DNA from: Myxococcales bacterium | GTDB taxonomy: Bacteria; Myxococcota_A; Polyangia; Polyangiales; Polyangiaceae | DNA length: 64,000 bases | Direction: 5' to 3' | Assembly (NCBI GenBank): GCA_043747615.1 | Contig: JAYTOU010000053.1 | Location: 64,001 to 128,000 of the forward strand | In this document: positions 1 through 8,998 of the stretch, piece by piece | Layout of the letters: each line of letters begins with the position of its first letter | Position numbering within the stretch: the first letter of the stretch is position 1 | Notes under the pieces: generated by a model | Database searches by the model: none | What the model was told of the DNA's origin: nothing | The model's input: the letters and a program-made list of their open reading frames with translations, nothing else | Translations under genes and position numbers: made by a program

Positions 1-838
1 TTGCCTTCTTCGTCGGCGTTTTCTCGCTCGGCTTCGCGCGCCCGCCTGCACGATGGGCGCTGGCGCCAAAATGACGCTTTCGCCACTCGACGTCGTTCGC
101 TTCGAGCATCGTGCGCACGAGCTCCCGCGCACGAGCCGGGTCTCCCGCTCGCACGAGGCCCATCAGCAGCGGATACAAGTGCAGCGCGTCCTCGCAACGG
201 TCGTAGAGAGCGCCGACGAGGAGCGGCAGATCGTCGGGGAAGCGCGCGAAGGTATTGAGGAGGAGCTCGAGCCCGACGTTGCGCGCGGCGCGGACCAGCG
301 CGCGTTGAAACGCGATCTCTCCGCGGGCGAAGGCGAGCGGATCGTGGACCCTCGCCGCCTGCTCGTCGGCGCGCGCCTTCATGGCGCGGAGATCAGCTTC
401 GGTGTGGCGCTCTGCGGCCAGAGCCACGGCTTCAGACGCAAGAATTCGGCGCACCTCGAGCATTGACGTGAGGAGCTCGACCCACGAGGGCTCGGCGGGA
501 TTGCTCGAGCCGAGGAGAGAAGCAAGGGCGTCGAGCCCCGCGCGCTCCCGCCACGACGCCACGATCGTTGGCGAACCGTGCCGGGTGACGACGAGACCAA
601 GGGCCTCGAGACGGGCGAGCGCCGAGCGCAGGGTGAGGCGGTTCACCCCGAGCGCCAGGGAGAACTCACGCTCCGAGGGCAAACGCGACCCGGCTACGAT
701 GCGCCCCGCCAGAATTTCACCCCGCAAGCGGTCGGCAACAGCGTCGACCACGCTCGATCGCGCGATCGGACCGATGGCGGCGAGGGTCGTAAGAGGTTCG
801 GGAGGGGTGGCCGGTTGGGCTTTGGGTCGCTTGTTCAC
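1..838 (-). CDS. GntR-family (FadR subfamily) transcriptional regulator, 3' end outside the window
   Basis: Not in the ORF track because there is no stop in the window. My translation from GTG at 838 gives ...SVVDAVADRLRGEILAGRIVAGSRLPSEREFSLALGVNRLTLRSALARLEALGLV..., a typical GntR winged HTH, followed by a helical FCD-like region. Confidence 0.85.
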   Translation of the reverse strand, partial: MNKRPKAQPATPPEPLTTLAAIGPIARSSVVDAVADRLRGEILAGRIVAGSRLPSEREFSLALGVNRLTLRSALARLEALGLVVTRHGSPTIVASWRERAGLDALASLLGSSNPAEPSWVELLTSMLEVRRILASEAVALAAERHTEADLRAMKARADEQAARVHDPLAFARGEIAFQRALVRAARNVGLELLLNTFARFPDDLPLLVGALYDRCEDALHLYPLLMGLVRAGDPARARELVRTMLEANDVEWRKRHFGASAHRAGGRAKPSEKTPTKKA

Positions 839-851
839 TGGTCCAACCAGT
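837..851. promoter_or_regulatory. Palindromic FadR/GntR-type operator ACTGGT-CCA-ACCAGT
   Basis: Perfect 6-bp inverted repeat with a 3-nt spacer. It matches the TGGT-N3-ACCA FadR-subfamily pattern and overlaps the GntR start codon in the divergent GntR/ltaE gap. Confidence 0.7.
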
Positions 852-915
852 TAATCACTTTGCCTCTCACTGCGCAAGGGCTTTCGCGCAAAACGTCCTT
901 CGCACGTAGTAGCGT

Positions 916-1953
916 ATGGGTATGATCGACTTGCGGAGCGACACCCTCACGCGCCCCACGCCCGCGATGCGTCAGGCGATCGCAAATGCCGAGGTGGGCG
1001 ACGACGTGTTCGAAGAGGATCCCTCCGTGCGCGCACTGGAGGACGAGGTCGCAGCGCTTCTTGGCAAGGAGGCCGCGCTCTTCGTGTCGTCGGGAACGAT
1101 GGGCAACCAGCTCGCGATTCGCTGCCAGACGCGACCGGGCGACGAGGTCATCGTCGGTGAAGGCGCGCATTTCGTCTGGTACGAGTGCGGCGCGGGGGCC
1201 GTCCTCAGCGGCGTGCAATTCGCCGTGGCCGGCTCCGGAGGACTCTACACGGCCGAAGACATGATCGAAGCGGTCAAGCCAAAGGCTTACTACTACCCGC
1301 GGAGCTCACTCGTGTGCGTCGAGAATACGCACAACCGCGGTGGCGGAAGGGTCTTCCCGCAGGCCGAAATCGTGCGCATCGGACGCGCGGCGCGTGACCG
1401 CGGGCTGGCGTTTCACCTCGATGCTGCGCGCATCTGGAACGCGAGCGTTGCGAGCGGATTGTCGGTGGGCGAGCTCGCCGGTCCGTTCGACACGGTGAGC
1501 GTCTGCTTTTCGAAAGGGCTCGGAGCACCGATAGGGAGCGCGCTCGCCGGCACGCGTGCGCTCATCGGGGACGCTCGGCGCCTCCGAAAGATGTGGGGCG
1601 GCGGGACGCGGCAAGCGGGCGTGCTCGCAGCAGCGGCGTCCTACGCACTCGCTCATCATCGCGAACGGCTGGCAGACGACCATGCGAACGCCAAGGTGTT
1701 CGCCGGGATCCTCGCAGAGACACCGCACGCGCACGTAGACCTCGCGAACGTGGAGACGAACATCGTCAACGTCGAGCTCGATGCGCCGCTCACTGCTGAG
1801 GAGGTGGCCGACAAAGCCCGCGGCCTCGGCGTGGCGCTCAACGCATCCGGACCTCGCCGCCTCCGTGCGGTCACTCACCTCGACGTCACGCGTGCAGACG
1901 TAGAGAAAGGCGCACGGATCCTGGCGAGCGCGATCCACGCCTGCGCGCGCTGA
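916..1953 (+). CDS. ltaE: Low-specificity L-threonine aldolase (PLP-dependent)
   Basis: IDLRSDT N-terminus, GDDVFEEDP, SGTMGN, ENTHN, HLDAARIWN and the PLP-Lys motif FSKGLGAP. Confidence 0.92.
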   Translation: MGMIDLRSDTLTRPTPAMRQAIANAEVGDDVFEEDPSVRALEDEVAALLGKEAALFVSSGTMGNQLAIRCQTRPGDEVIVGEGAHFVWYECGAGAVLSGVQFAVAGSGGLYTAEDMIEAVKPKAYYYPRSSLVCVENTHNRGGGRVFPQAEIVRIGRAARDRGLAFHLDAARIWNASVASGLSVGELAGPFDTVSVCFSKGLGAPIGSALAGTRALIGDARRLRKMWGGGTRQAGVLAAAASYALAHHRERLADDHANAKVFAGILAETPHAHVDLANVETNIVNVELDAPLTAEEVADKARGLGVALNASGPRRLRAVTHLDVTRADVEKGARILASAIHACAR

Positions 1954-1962
1954 AGGCTGCTC

Positions 1963-3057
1963 TTGAACCGCGCCGCGCTCGCCTTCTTGATCTGCACGCC
2001 GCTCGCGTGCGGCGCCAGCGCCCATGGGGCGTACACGCAGACCTTCGCGGAGGGCGAGCGTGCCGAGACGGCGGGGCGATTTGCCGAGGCCTCCGTTCAT
2101 TACGACGACGCTGCCAAAGCTGCTCCCAACGCGCGCGAACGCGACCACGCTTCGTACGCCGCGGCAAAAATGCTTCTCCAGGCAGGCGACCTCGCAGCGG
2201 CAGCTCCCCGTCTCGAGGCGATCGCTTCGGCGACGCCGCCGGGCGAGCACGCGGCCCTCGCCTACTACGACCTCACCGAGTTCAAGATGAGGCATGGCAG
2301 GGAAGCAGAGGCGTGGGTGGCCCTCGAGCGCATGGTCGTCGCCTATCCTGCGAGCGCGCTTGCGCGGCGGGCGCTCCATCGCGTCATCACCCACAAAGAC
2401 GAGACCGAGGGGCTCAAGGCTTCACTCGCGTACATCGATTCACGCAGCGCGACGCTCGGAAAATCGGATCTCGCCGAGACCTTGGCCTACGAGCGCGCTC
2501 TTCATCTCGAGCAGCTCGGAGACCACGCAGCTGCACGCGCGGCGTTCATCGCCGTGGCCGAAAAATGGCCGTATCCGCTCGGTGCACTGCGCGACGATTC
2601 TCTCTTTCACGCGAGCGAGATCGACGAGGCGCTCGGGCACTTTCCGGAGGCGATCTCGGATCTCGAGGCGATGCTCCGAGATCGCGAGAAAGCGAGCACG
2701 ATTGGGACTTACCAGCGGCCTCGCTACACGCCGGCTCAGTGGAGGATCGCAATCCTCTATCGCGACCAGCTCCACGATCGTTCGCGCGCCCGCGAAGCGT
2801 TTCACTTTCTTTACACCGACTTCACCACCGCGCTTCAGCGGGACGATGCGCTTTGGGAAGAGGCGTCGCTTTGGGCGGAAGACAACGACAAGACCACGGC
2901 GTGCTCGCGGCTCGCCACCCTCACGCACGCGTTCCCTGACTCGCGCTACGTGCCCTGCGCCATCGAAGACTGCTCGGCGATCCAGCGCGGGTCAGGCAGC
3001 CACGCTCCGAAGACTTGCCACGCGTACCTCCGCGCTCACCCGCGCGACCCGCGCTGA
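1963..3057 (+). CDS. TPR-repeat putative lipoprotein
   Basis: Signal peptide with lipobox-like LAC; Ala-rich helical repeats typical of TPR/YfiO-like proteins. Confidence 0.7.
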   Translation: MNRAALAFLICTPLACGASAHGAYTQTFAEGERAETAGRFAEASVHYDDAAKAAPNARERDHASYAAAKMLLQAGDLAAAAPRLEAIASATPPGEHAALAYYDLTEFKMRHGREAEAWVALERMVVAYPASALARRALHRVITHKDETEGLKASLAYIDSRSATLGKSDLAETLAYERALHLEQLGDHAAARAAFIAVAEKWPYPLGALRDDSLFHASEIDEALGHFPEAISDLEAMLRDREKASTIGTYQRPRYTPAQWRIAILYRDQLHDRSRAREAFHFLYTDFTTALQRDDALWEEASLWAEDNDKTTACSRLATLTHAFPDSRYVPCAIEDCSAIQRGSGSHAPKTCHAYLRAHPRDPR

Positions 3058-3058
3058 A

Positions 3059-3469
3059 TCAGACCTCTTCTTCTTCTTCTTCGGTCTCTTCTTCGGCGTC
3101 GTCTTCGTCGTCTTCTTCTTCTTCGAACTCCTCGACTTCTTCTTTGGTCTCTTCCTCTTCGTCCTCTTCGCCGGCGACGGCGGCGGGGCCCTTCTTGTCG
3201 TACTTGATGTCGATCCCGACATCGCCGAGCTGCGTGTCCATCAGCTCGAAGAGCTCTTCCACGTCATCGCCGGACCACTCGTCGAGCATGTCGGTGAGGA
3301 ACTCGAAGAAGTCTCCACTGTCGAGGCGTCGCTCGATCTCTTCTACCTGCTCCTCACTGAAAGCCTCGAGCAGGTCCTCGCGAAGCGTTTCCGTATCGCC
3401 CTCTTCGATGGCGTCCTGTGCTGAGAGTCGAATCTGCCGGACGGCGCGTTTGTCGAGGTGGATTTCCAT
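3059..3469 (-). CDS. Small, extremely acidic hypothetical protein
   Basis: Likely start MEIHLDK at 3469; D/E-rich throughout with a poly-E/D tail. Confidence 0.7.
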   Translation of the reverse strand: MEIHLDKRAVRQIRLSAQDAIEEGDTETLREDLLEAFSEEQVEEIERRLDSGDFFEFLTDMLDEWSGDDVEELFELMDTQLGDVGIDIKYDKKGPAAVAGEEDEEEETKEEVEEFEEEEDDEDDAEEETEEEEEEV

Positions 3470-3542
3470 CTTGGTGGACGCGAATACGCCACGGCATCGC
3501 ACGCTGTCAATAACGTGAGAGGAGGGTTATCGTGGCGGACCG

Positions 3543-4193
3543 ATGTTTCGCCAGCGCGAGCGATGGAACGTGGCCGCCTTTGTGATTGGGACGATGTCTC
3601 TTTTTTGGGGATCGCCAGCGCGAGCGGACCAGGAGCCGCGACCGGGCGCCGCCCCTGCCCCGCCCCCCACGAACGTTCCGTACTGGCAGTACGGTGTGTC
3701 GCTGGTGAGCGAGGGGGTGATCGACTCGGGGGCCATTTGCGCGAGCACGAGGCAACCGTGCATCTTCGGATCGGGCGCCGGCGTCGCCGTCCGCCTCGGC
3801 GTGCGCACTGCGGGCCCTTGGTATTTTGGCGGCGCCTACGAGCTGTCGAAGCAGGATCCGAACAATCTTTATCGCCTCGCCATCCTCCAGCAGATTCGCG
3901 CCGAGGCCCGCTACTACCTCGACACCGGGCGCGACGTACAACCCGTCGCTCACGCCGGCGGGGGCATCGCCGGTTATGGAAACGAGTGGACGGTCGACAC
4001 AGGTGGTCCGATGGCCTTTCTGGGGGCCGGCCTCGAAGTGCAGATTTCGAGGCGCCTCGTCTTCGGCGCAGCCGTCTCCTACCGCGCGATTTATTTCAAC
4101 GGCTTCACCGACTCGAGCCGCGCCTCGCGCGACGGCGGGTTCGCGTCCCTCATTGGGCTCGATCTCGTTCTCGAGAACCGCGATCCCCTTTGA
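3543..4193 (+). CDS. Putative outer-membrane beta-barrel protein
   Basis: Signal peptide (ARA|D), Pro-rich linker, alternating amphipathic strands with aromatic residues; GGAGG upstream. Confidence 0.6.
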   Translation: MFRQRERWNVAAFVIGTMSLFWGSPARADQEPRPGAAPAPPPTNVPYWQYGVSLVSEGVIDSGAICASTRQPCIFGSGAGVAVRLGVRTAGPWYFGGAYELSKQDPNNLYRLAILQQIRAEARYYLDTGRDVQPVAHAGGGIAGYGNEWTVDTGGPMAFLGAGLEVQISRRLVFGAAVSYRAIYFNGFTDSSRASRDGGFASLIGLDLVLENRDPL

Positions 4194-4248
4194 GCGCGAG
4201 AAGTAAGAATACGCTCTTGACGGAAGGGCTCGGGCTGATGTCCCATCG

Positions 4249-5691
4249 GTGCGCGTGACATGCGGAACGTGCGGACGCGATAACCCTTCGCACCTTGTCT
4301 TCTGCCAAGACTGCGGCGCACGCCTCGGTCCGCGGATTGCGCCTCCCACGCCGCCCATCGGCATGGTTCAGCGCGGCGGGGTGACTTCGGATGGCAACGA
4401 CGCCGAGACACTCGACGACGTCAGCCCAAGCTCCGGGCGTCCTTCGCAGCCAGATTTCCTTCGCAAGCCGCGACCCTCGGCGCCCGATTTTCAGTTCACC
4501 CCGCGCCCCCCCGAAGCCGCCGAGACGAAGTCTACGAGCAAGATCCGGTGTTCGAATTGCGGTGCGATGAACGCGCTCGGCGTTCAGTACTGCGGCACCT
4601 GTGGGCAAGCGGTCGGTGCGAGCAGGTCTGCGTCGTCGGGTTCGCCGCCAGCGCCGTCGTCGCCAGCCCCGAAAGCCGTTCTCGCAGCACCAGCGCTCGA
4701 TCCCATGGCACGTATCGCGCCTTCGCCGGTGCTCGACATCGGCGGAAAAACCCGCCCGGCAGCGGCGATTCGGGTTTGTAGCCGGTGCCGCGGCTCGAGC
4801 GATGCCGCTTCGCAGTTCTGTAAATTCTGCGGCGCGGCTCTTAGCGAGCCCGCGATGCTGTCCCACGGCCCAGCGTCTACGTCACCGCCGCCGCGCCCTC
4901 CGTCCGTAGCCATCGCTCCCCCGCCCGTCGCGCCTCCCGTCGTCGCGCCTCCCGTCGTCGCCTCGCCCGCCGTGAAAGAGCGCGGGCGGCTCGTGGCCAT
5001 CGCCAAGGACGGCGGTGAGGGGGCAAGCTATCCCATTGGCGATCAGCTCGATATCGGACGCTCCGAAGGCCAAGTCGTCATCGCCGACGATCGCTACCTC
5101 TCGCCGCGCCACGCGCGCCTCGCCTGGAGGGGAGACTCGCTCCATCTCCGCGATCTCGGTACGATGAACGGGATTTTTCTGCGAATTCCCGCAAACCCTG
5201 CTCCCCCCGCGGGCAGCAATGAGGAAGCCCCGGCCGACCCGCCCGCGACCGAGGTACCTCTGAAGGACCAAGATTTGATCTTGATGGGACAACAGGTGAT
5301 AAGGTTTGAGGTCGTGAGGGACGCGGAAGAAGGGTTTGGGCCCGCCCTGCAGCATGGGACCCTGCTGTTTGGCACCCCGGTCGCACCGCGATACGCGCGC
5401 CTGTGCCAAAAGACCGTCGAAGGTGTGACCCGCGACGTCTTTCATGTACGCAAGCAAGACACCGTGCTCGGCCGAGAATCAGGTGACATCGTCTTCACAG
5501 AAGATCCGTTCTTGTCGCGCCGCCACGCAGTGATCCGAATGGATGCCACAAAAAAGACTTTCACAATCTCGGACTTCGGCTCGTCGAACGGTACGTTCCT
5601 GCAGATCCGAGGCGAGGTTGCCCTCAAAGCGGGAGACGAATTTCGGGTAGGTCAACAGCTGTTCCGCATCGACCTCAGGACCCTCTCGTGA
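4249..5691 (+). CDS. Zinc-ribbon plus tandem FHA-domain protein
   Basis: Three CxxC-x10-CxxC ribbons, Pro-rich linkers and two FHA signatures (IGR...SPRH...NG; LGR...SRRH...SNGT). Confidence 0.85.
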   Translation: MRVTCGTCGRDNPSHLVFCQDCGARLGPRIAPPTPPIGMVQRGGVTSDGNDAETLDDVSPSSGRPSQPDFLRKPRPSAPDFQFTPRPPEAAETKSTSKIRCSNCGAMNALGVQYCGTCGQAVGASRSASSGSPPAPSSPAPKAVLAAPALDPMARIAPSPVLDIGGKTRPAAAIRVCSRCRGSSDAASQFCKFCGAALSEPAMLSHGPASTSPPPRPPSVAIAPPPVAPPVVAPPVVASPAVKERGRLVAIAKDGGEGASYPIGDQLDIGRSEGQVVIADDRYLSPRHARLAWRGDSLHLRDLGTMNGIFLRIPANPAPPAGSNEEAPADPPATEVPLKDQDLILMGQQVIRFEVVRDAEEGFGPALQHGTLLFGTPVAPRYARLCQKTVEGVTRDVFHVRKQDTVLGRESGDIVFTEDPFLSRRHAVIRMDATKKTFTISDFGSSNGTFLQIRGEVALKAGDEFRVGQQLFRIDLRTLS

Positions 5692-6950
5692 CGCAGCCCG
5701 AAACGCCCATCCCCTCAAACCCCGTGAGCGATCCGTCGAACGAAAAGAATGAAGCCGCGGTGGCGTCCTCCCCTTCGTCTGCGCCCGGACCCGTCCAGGT
5801 GAAGCTGTTTGCGCGCACCGACGTGGGGCAGGTCCGCGAGCACAACGAAGACAACTTCCTCGTCGCCGATCTCTCCATGCGGTCGCGCGGGCTCCTCGAA
5901 GCCAATCGCGCCGCGCACGTCGGCCCCCACGGTAGCCTCTTCGCCGTTTGCGACGGCATGGGCGGCGCTGCAGCAGGCGAGATCGCCAGTCAGCTCGCGG
6001 TCGACATCATCTACGAGCGCATGATCGACGCGCTCGATGCCGGCGTTGCGCTCAACCGTGACGACCTCGCCCGGCGCTTGGTACGCGCGGTCGAAGCCGC
6101 CGGTCTGCGCATCTTCCAAGAAGCCAAGGTCGATCGCACCCGGCGCGGCATGGGGACGACGGTCACCGCGGCGGCCCTCGTCGACAATCATCTCTTCTTT
6201 GCGCAGGTCGGGGATTCGCGCGGCTACATCCTCCGCGGCGATCACCTCGTGCAGGTCACCCGCGATCAATCGCTCGTGAATCAACTTATCGAAGCGGGCC
6301 AGCTCACCGAAGAAGAGGCCGAGACTTTCGAGCACAACAACATCATTCTTCAAGCGCTCGGCACGGCCGACAGCGTGCAGGTCGATCTCACGTACACCGA
6401 GCTCCGAAAGGGGGACGTGCTCCTTCTCTGCTCGGACGGCCTCTCCGGCATGGTGCGTTACGAAGAGATTCGCGAAGTCCTGCGTACGTTCCCAGAGCCG
6501 CTCGATGCCTGCAAGCAGCTCACGGAGCGCGCGAACAACGCCGGCGGCCACGACAACATCACCGTCATCATCGTGCGCTTCGACGGCGAAGGACTGGTCG
6601 AGCTCGCGCCCGATACAGAAGTCCTCAAGTACAAGAAATATGCGCTCCCCGAAGAGCTCGCCGGTGACGCCGAGACGACCCGGCGCACGAGCCTGAGCTC
6701 CGCGATGCGTGCCGCGGCTGGCCGCGCAACGGAGGCCGTGCAGCAACACGTCGACGGTCAGGTCGCGGCATCCACCTCGATTCCACCCGACGCAAAGAAA
6801 GCCACCTGGCACGAGAAAGGCCCCCATGGCCCCGAGCTCGAGGAACGCATCGACATCCCCGGCACGCACGTTCCGACGTGGGTCGTGGTGGCGCTCATCT
6901 TCGGCGTGATGGCGATCCTCGGAGCTACCGCGTTTCTGTTTTTGCGTTGA
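5688..6950 (+). CDS. PP2C-family (Stp1/PrpC-like) Ser/Thr phosphatase with C-terminal membrane anchor
   Basis: RxxNED, DGMGG, GMGTT, VGDSR, CSDGL and GHDNIT motifs; hydrophobic C-terminal helix; GTGA overlap with the FHA gene. Confidence 0.92.
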   Translation: MTQPETPIPSNPVSDPSNEKNEAAVASSPSSAPGPVQVKLFARTDVGQVREHNEDNFLVADLSMRSRGLLEANRAAHVGPHGSLFAVCDGMGGAAAGEIASQLAVDIIYERMIDALDAGVALNRDDLARRLVRAVEAAGLRIFQEAKVDRTRRGMGTTVTAAALVDNHLFFAQVGDSRGYILRGDHLVQVTRDQSLVNQLIEAGQLTEEEAETFEHNNIILQALGTADSVQVDLTYTELRKGDVLLLCSDGLSGMVRYEEIREVLRTFPEPLDACKQLTERANNAGGHDNITVIIVRFDGEGLVELAPDTEVLKYKKYALPEELAGDAETTRRTSLSSAMRAAAGRATEAVQQHVDGQVAASTSIPPDAKKATWHEKGPHGPELEERIDIPGTHVPTWVVVALIFGVMAILGATAFLFLR

Positions 6951-7845
6951 GCGCGTTGACAGCCCGCGCGGCGTTGAGCGCGTTGACAGCCCGCGCGGCG
7001 TTGACTGCCTGGACGACGTAGGCGGCCACCGGATCGCGGGGGTCGATGGCCGTCGACTCTCGCGCGGCGGCGAGCGCCAAGTCGCGCTTCTCGTCCCCCA
7101 AGCGGGCGACGGCGATGAAGCTCCAAGCCACGCCGCGGCGCGAACGATCTTCATCCGACGTGAGCGGGGCGAGGATCGCCTCGGCCTCCGCGAACGCCCC
7201 CCGGCGTAAGAGCTGCCTCGCCACCAAAAGAACGAGCTCACCGCGGTCGCCAAACGACGCGCGTGCCCGCCCGAGCACTTCGTCGGCCTCCCCTTCCCGG
7301 TCCAGACGAAGCAGCGACTCGATCAGGCCCAGAAACCCTTCGAGGCTCTCAGGCGCAACCTCGGTCAGCCGGAGAAATTGTTCGCGAGCCTCTTCCCACC
7401 GCGCGCGTTCGAAAAGACGCCGACCAAGGTTTGCCCGCGCAGGCGCAAAACCCGGGTCGACCTTGAGCGCCGCGCGGTAGTGACCCTCCGCTTCGGCGAT
7501 CTGTCCACGCGTCTCGGCGAGAAGGCCGAGCGCGTGGTGTGGCGACGCGAGATCAGGATTGAGATCAAGAGCTTTGAGTAGAGCCTTTCGTGCCTTTTCC
7601 AGGTGACCTCGGCGCAGCTCGAGGAGCCCGAGGTTCACCCAGGCCTCCGTGAAGCGGGGGTGGTACTCCACGGCGAGCGCGAGGCGGGCCTCGGCCGTCT
7701 CCAAGTCCCCCGCCGCCAAGGCCGCCGCACCGTTGCGATTGAGCTCCAGCGCCTTCGCGGGAAGCGGCATTTCCGCAGCACAGCCCACGCCAACGGTGGT
7801 CGCAAGGAAGCAAACGACAGCCAGCACGACGAAGGGCGACCTCAT
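6925..7845 (-). CDS. TPR-repeat lipoprotein
   Basis: Lipobox VGC and multiple TPR consensus repeats (AWVNLG, HHALG, ARANLG). Confidence 0.85.
   Translation of the reverse strand: MRSPFVVLAVVCFLATTVGVGCAAEMPLPAKALELNRNGAAALAAGDLETAEARLALAVEYHPRFTEAWVNLGLLELRRGHLEKARKALLKALDLNPDLASPHHALGLLAETRGQIAEAEGHYRAALKVDPGFAPARANLGRRLFERARWEEAREQFLRLTEVAPESLEGFLGLIESLLRLDREGEADEVLGRARASFGDRGELVLLVARQLLRRGAFAEAEAILAPLTSDEDRSRRGVAWSFIAVARLGDEKRDLALAAARESTAIDPRDPVAAYVVQAVNAARAVNALNAARAVNALNAKTETR
6944..7004. repeat. 27-bp tandem duplication (about 2.3 copies)
   Basis: GCGTTGAGCGCGTTGACAGCCCGCGCG at 6944-6970 and 6971-6997 plus a partial third copy, at the convergent PP2C/TPR junction. Confidence 0.9.
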
Positions 7846-7898
7846 GCCTCCTCGTCGGCCCTCTCAACCGAGAAGTTGCGTGCTAGTGTCCCCTACCT

Positions 7899-8156
7899 AT
7901 GAGCCTCGCGTTCACGGCCTCGCACGAAATTCTCTTCGAAGCAGAAGAGGCGACGACCGCGGTTTGCGATGCGTGCGGCGATCGGCTCCCCGCGAACGAC
8001 GTCGACGACGAGCACCTCACCTCCGGCCACGGCGTCTACCTCTGGGTCCGCGGGGGCGAAGTTCGCTTCGAGGAGGCACCGCTCTGCGCCTCGTGCGGGA
8101 CAGCCATCGGCGTGATGGCCTACGCCCAGTGGGCGATCGAAGAAGAAGAAGGCTGA
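7899..8156 (+). CDS. Small Zn-finger-like hypothetical protein
   Basis: CDAC...CASC pair, acidic tail, fills the gap between flanking genes. Confidence 0.7.
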   Translation: MSLAFTASHEILFEAEEATTAVCDACGDRLPANDVDDEHLTSGHGVYLWVRGGEVRFEEAPLCASCGTAIGVMAYAQWAIEEEEG

Positions 8157-8174
8157 GCCGCACGCGGACTCGGC

Positions 8175-8996
8175 TTACTGAAGTGGCGGTTCGCCTTTTG
8201 CGACGCGACCTGGGGGCCTGCGCTCGAGTCGCTCTAGGCACAGGGCGCGCACCGCGGCCGAGACGTGTGTCGACTCGAGGACGAGACGCAGCTCCTGACG
8301 CAAGAGAAGCCCAGTAATCGGAGTGGCGATCTCGGGCGGCGTGTCTGGATTGAGCATGATGGCCATGCGAACGCGGGTGCGATGAATCCAACGCGGTGTC
8401 CGCGCGATCTCGGCGAGCACGGCAGGATCGCTCGGGCGGCGGGCCGCCATCCGCAGCACGTCTCCTTCGACGACGCGCGGGTTGCGTAGAACGCCTCGGA
8501 TCACGTCGGGGTGCGGATCCGCGAGGAGGCGATCGAGGAGCTCGCGATCCGGCCGACGCGCCATCGACTTTCGTTCGCCAAGCGTCAGGCTCCGGCCGTG
8601 GGCATCCTCGATTACGCGCCCCGGCGGCGTCACCGAATAGCGCGCGGCGACCACCGGCTGACGAACGACCCGCTCGAGCGCAAGGAGCGCACCCCCGGCC
8701 GTTTCTTCCCGCAAGCGCTGCACGGCTTCACGCGAGCGCTCGAGGGTGAACGCGTCGATGAGCGAAACGAGCGCCTCGAGGGCATCTTCTTCGGCTTGCT
8801 CCGCCCGCGCGCAAAGGCAATCGAGGGCGGGGGCGAGACCGGCTACGTTCGGCCCTGCGAGCACCGACGAAAAGAACGAGACCCGCAGCGCAGGATCGGC
8901 GAGGGCGATCGTCGTGCGAATGAGAGCGCCCGCTCGACCCTCCGGCGTTTCGTCCGCGCCCCGAGGACGCTGATTGCCGCGCCGGCTTTGGCGCAA
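8175..8996 (-). CDS. Helical-repeat (LRV/HEAT-like) hypothetical protein
   Basis: 3' part of ORF 8175..9710 that does not overlap the kinase; probable TTG start at 8996. Repeated NPxxP motifs; resembles the 36660 protein. Confidence 0.7.
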   Translation of the reverse strand: MRQSRRGNQRPRGADETPEGRAGALIRTTIALADPALRVSFFSSVLAGPNVAGLAPALDCLCARAEQAEEDALEALVSLIDAFTLERSREAVQRLREETAGGALLALERVVRQPVVAARYSVTPPGRVIEDAHGRSLTLGERKSMARRPDRELLDRLLADPHPDVIRGVLRNPRVVEGDVLRMAARRPSDPAVLAEIARTPRWIHRTRVRMAIMLNPDTPPEIATPITGLLLRQELRLVLESTHVSAAVRALCLERLERRPPGRVAKGEPPLQ

Positions 8997-8998
8997 CG

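Noticed and set aside
53..925. Plus-strand ORFs 53..466, 381..854 and 578..925
   Set aside because: Shadows of the minus-strand GntR gene.
4915..4965. 15-bp repeats GTCGCGCCTCCCGTC
   Set aside because: They simply encode a Pro-rich linker (APPVV) of the FHA protein.
5715..7253. Long alternative ORFs (e.g. 5715..7253 -, 13212..14621 -, 22442..23836 +, 28637..30322 -, 40611..42545 +, 60888..62357 +)
   Set aside because: Antisense or off-frame shadows of well-supported genes, expected in high-GC DNA, with no recognisable motifs.
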